64,000 nt of DNA, from the NCBI GenBank assembly GCA_050230475.1, contig JBFLGF010000117.1, forward strand, positions 1 to 64,000. The letters run 5' to 3'. Under the pieces are notes generated by a model, which did not search any database, was not told where the DNA came from, and was given only the letters and a program-made list of their open reading frames with translations. Shown here piece after piece: positions 59,601 through 64,000 of this stretch; the first letter of the stretch is position 1; every line of letters starts with the position of its first letter. The translations under genes were made by a program, and so were the position numbers. Source of the DNA: Ancylonema sp. Lineage: Eukaryota.

Positions 59601-61789
59601 ACAATTCATGTGCAGCTTTTGTTTGGCGCACACTACACAGGGTGTCGATGTGAGGAGGACACGTGGTCGTTTCGCTATATCTTCTTCTGACTTATGATGT
59701 ATTATATTTCGCTGGTTGAGCTTAGTGCCCAAGCCAGTGCTTGCAGACTAGAGTTACGATAAAAGAAATGGAGTATGGTCATCCCATGTGCAACGGTCAG
59801 CACCATTGCGTACTCGTTGCGAAAGCGCGACCATGAGGCATAAAAAAAACAATAAAAAAACAAAAACAAAACGAGACACCCGGCCATGTGAAAGCTGGTA
59901 TCTCACCTGTGACTTCAACGGGATTATCTGAAAGCTGAGACTTGTGTCCATGACTTCGTCGCTGAAAACATGAGGCACTACTCTTCCTTCAAATGGAGCG
60001 GATATTACTTCAGACGACGGCTGATCCATCACGAAAACTAAAGACCAGACATAAATGGAGATAGAAATGGTTTTGTGAAGGTGCTAAACAGGTTTCCGCA
60101 TCTCAGTCATGCAGCCAAATATTTTAAACACTCTGCATCTCCATCTCCGCAGTGATTATGGTCGAAGATTTACAGCTCTTGCTGCCCTTCCTCTTTCTGC
60201 ATGTCTTTCATGCTGAGCAGGTGGTTTGGTGTCTAATCCTCTTTTTATTGATAATCCGTCTCGAATAATATTATTATCCGTGCCGGTAATGTAAATTTAG
60301 ACAGGTTAAACCGTCGGGCGTGGAACCTTGCGGCAAGGTCCTTGCCCCGTGGAAACAACTTTCATGGATTGGACTCTTGCGTGATAAGCTGTCCAAGTAT
60401 GTAATTATGCTACGTCTTGACGCGGTATTTAGCCTAGATTTTTACTCCGTGAGCTGAGCACGAGGCAGCGGCGTGTAAGCGCCTAGAAAAACGTGAGAAA
60501 AAATCAGATAAAGACTCCTGCTTGCGAGCAGGTGGAGGGGCAGTACGGAATGCCGGCGAAGTAGAGGATTGTCCTAAATAGCTGCAGTTGGACTCCCTTC
60601 AATGTCGAGTGCAAATATCAACCACTCTACAAAAATCTCTCTCCAGAGTTCAACCCCTCGGATTCAGTTGATCGAAGTTGTGCGTCGCTATCAGCTCCAT
60701 CTCAATGTGGCTGCGGTCGTCGTCGTATTTTGGTACATCCTCGTACTGCGACCAGCTGATAGTGGCCGTTCGCTGGATCACGGGGACGACATCCGGCTGA
60801 GTGAGAACGGTGAGGATAAAGGTCCATCTTTGCTCGGTGGAGGAAACTCAAGTGAACTGCTTGCGTCTCTCCTGTGTCAGAAATGTGTCACAGTCAGCTT
60901 CGCAGTTTCTATGGACGAGAGACAACATTTTTCGGGTGGATAATCATGTCATCTGATTGGGCAAGGATTTAAATTGAATCAGACAGCACAATGGGCGAAA
61001 GATTCTGTAGAGGCCCTTCCAAGTTCTGTTATGATACATTTTCCATGAGACGGAGCTGGAGGTTGTCTTATCAAATTTGCGATTGCGTTCGACTTTTTTG
61101 TCCGTACCACTTGTGTGTGCGGTATGTCCACAGATCCAATGCCATTCTGCTTGCGTTACTCAATCCTGTGTGATGGTACTGGTGGTAACTTTTTCTATTG
61201 AGAAGGACAATTCGTTCAGAAGATGTACTTCCCTTGCCTAATATAGTCGATGTAGGCACTTTTAATATAGTCACACCTTCCCTATTGTCGCCATTCCGTC
61301 CGTCAATTTTCTCCAACCATTTCCCTGTAATCTTACACGTGTACCTTTCCAGGCTTCTTAACACACATGATACAACTCTAATTCACATAAGTTTATACAC
61401 GGGCATTTATGCATTACGTATCTACCTACTTGTACTCTTGCATATTTAAAGAGATCATTGCAAATACAAGATTTCACGAATGCCAAAACATAAACACTTC
61501 AGTTGCAATCACTTTTGCTAGTCTCAACCATATCAAAGAGTGACCATATCAACATATCATTTGGCATTCGAGATAGTTACTGTAGACTCCCACCATCCGT
61601 AACAAGTTGTCTATATCGAGAGTTTACTCTTGTGGTTGCGGGGGCTCATGGCCCATGTCTTTCATCATTGCTTCCATTGCCTTAATGCCCCTCCCAAGTT
61701 CATGCACCCAAATGTCAATAAGCAAATAAACTCATCCTTATGTTACGATCACATTTCCCATGGAGACCAACCTAAAAATAAAATCGTCC

Positions 61790-61883
61790 TTCCATAATTC
61801 CATAATTTCATAATTCCATAATTCCGTAATTCCATAATTCCGTAATTCCATAATTCCATAAATCCATAATTCCATAATTCCAT
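61790..61883. repeat. 8-bp minisatellite (TTCCATAA) x ~11
   Basis: Tandem TTCC(A/G)TAA units. Confidence 0.92.
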
Positions 61884-63454
61884 CTGTCATGAATGTTGCC
61901 GTGTGATTCGCTACACCGTCTTTCTACTCCAATTCTCCAACATGCATCACCGGATTTTGGCTCCTAGAAATGACTCCATGTGTTGTCAAACAAGCAGAGT
62001 TGCAAGGTCAACTCGTGTGTGTACTGTGTGTGGTCAACCAGTCAACCAGTCAAATGGTCAACTGTTGTGTGGTTGGGGTTAGATGACCAAACGGCGCAAA
62101 AAACACTCGCGGACTTCATCACCCGCGACGGCTATTTTCGGCCCCCAAGTTTGTGCGATCTTTCGGAAGAAGCCATACAAGTGATGCTTGCAACTGCACA
62201 TAACTGCAGGTGCATGTGGCCCACGAGTTTTTGGGTGGGGGGTTGAGAATGGTTGGGAAGGAACTCTTTACGAGACGTAGGGTGATGTCATTCATCATTT
62301 ACAATATACATTTTATTGGATTATTGGAGTGTCCATGGAACAACAAACAAAGGTCGTTTTTTTTTGGGGACACTGATATTGTGTGAGGGGGGGGATAAAG
62401 AAGGAGTTTTCAATAATCGCATGTTTCACTCACCATGTGTTGCTGCCCTCAAGACTTCTTGGGTGTACTTCATGATGCTCCATGTTTTGATATCTTCTTC
62501 AATGAAATAACGAGGAGGTTGGGGGGTCATGTTTTAGATATGTTTATGTTGCGTGATATTGGTCTCTTCGTGCAATACGTCTATTGAACGTGCATTTATC
62601 ACATGTGTAGAAAACGATGATAGCGTAGTGTTGGGTGATAATAACTTGTTGTTTGTATTGCAAGTGCCTGTGAGTGGCATTCACTGATGGAAGTGCAATG
62701 AATTCTTCCCTTCGCAATTGTTTGTGTCACGTGTATATGGGATTGATCGTTTTGTAAGGGATAGTGAGGATATTATTGAATCTTTGATCTATAAGGTGTT
62801 TCGTTCCCTGTGAGAAGGAAGTATTTGACGGTGGAATGTTGTGTAATAAGGGATGCTCTAGAAAGATGCGCCTTGTGCAAGACTTTTTACTGTAGAGGGG
62901 GTACATCTTCGGTAGGAAAACACATGTGCATTGTCACCTTGTACGATTTTTGTCAAGAGGGGTACCTATCAGCCTAAAAAAACAAGCGATACAAGAAGTT
63001 TCCATACCCCCCCTTTTTGGGCTGAATAAAGCTTCTTCCTGTTGACCCTATGCGCAGTCGGCACCAACCGCAAGTGTGGTTAGAGGGCGAATGGATAACC
63101 GCATTCGAAATGCGGTCAAGGTTGAAAGTGCCGGCCACGAATCCGAACGACACTGTCGTTTGTGGAGTTTTTTGTGCAGAGAAAGAGGTTGGGGGTTGGG
63201 AATGGGGCGGGGGTTGGTGGGTGCAAGGAAGAGGTTGAATGTTGGGAGGGGGGGGGAGGGGTCGGTATGGGGAAAAAGTAAGTTAGAACTTGCCTTCGGA
63301 TACAAAGTTGGTGAAGGCAAATTATGCAGCAATGGGAGGAGGTGAAGGACGACAGTGTGGTTGTTTGCACAATATGTACAACTTTGTCATTAAGTTATGT
63401 GCGCCATCATTTATACAAATAAGAATGGGTGTATCAAGAAGTCTGTCTGGGTGT

Positions 63455-63675
63455 CCGTGTGTGTGTGTGTGTGTGTGTGTATCAGCTCAACAGTTATGTA
63501 TGTATGTACGGGTGTATGTGTGTGTATGTGTGTTTGTGTGTATCTACATACGTGTATATGTATGTGTGTACGTATATAATTATGTATGTTTGTATGTATG
63601 TAAGTATGTGTGTATGTAATAGGCAAGTATGTATGTACGTGTATGTGTGTGAGCGAGAATTTTTTTTGTGTGTAT
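63455..63675. repeat. Compound (GT)n/(GTAT)n low-complexity repeat
   Basis: Visible dinucleotide and tetranucleotide array. Confidence 0.85.
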
Positions 63676-64000
63676 GTGATCTGGTGTCATTTGGTTTTGA
63701 TTTTCTGCAGGTTTATTGCGTACCATTTACCGGGCATTGTGCAGTAAGCATAATGATGTAACGTATTTGCATGTTGTAACAATGTATGAAGAAGTTTGTG
63801 AAGTTTGTAGAAGACAAGACACTTGTGCACGTGTTGCCACTCCTTCTCTCTCACCCATGAAATACCATCACACGTGTTTGACACGTGTGCGACGCGTGTA
63901 TTGCCGCCCCCGAGCCAAGAAAGCACTCAAACCCATCTACTTCCTCCCCCCCCCCCCCTCTACCACCCTCCCTCTTCCCAGTTCCCTTGCTACAACAACA

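Noticed and set aside
61790..61883. Regular repeat as a CRISPR-like array
   Set aside because: 8-bp units with no spacers, in a eukaryotic context.

Overview
Eukaryotic, intron-containing and repeat-rich DNA from a green-lineage nuclear genome. The gene set suggests a streptophyte plant or alga; the species cannot be determined. Intact genes are a 6-exon TTL (OHCU decarboxylase/HIU hydrolase), a divergently transcribed plastid RimP-like gene, one intact DRP4/Mx-like dynamin and a multi-exon CBP60. The main structure is a cluster of five DRP4/Mx-like dynamin copies (17.5-45.2 kb) undergoing birth-and-death evolution. It shows (i) a tandem [RimP + dynamin] duplication with reciprocal pseudogenisation, (ii) an ~11.5-kb inversion (~33.5-45.04 kb) whose two breakpoints both fall in the P-loop coding segment of two dynamin paralogs, and (iii) a paralog-hypervariable segment at the position of the Mx L4 specificity loop. 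The rest is Copia, LINE and hAT debris, several hAT MITEs with 8-bp TSDs, long (TA)n arrays, and two weakly recognisable degenerate ORFs (Tet-like 2OG-Fe(II) oxygenase; Crypton-like recombinase). All gene models were read by eye; no database search was run.
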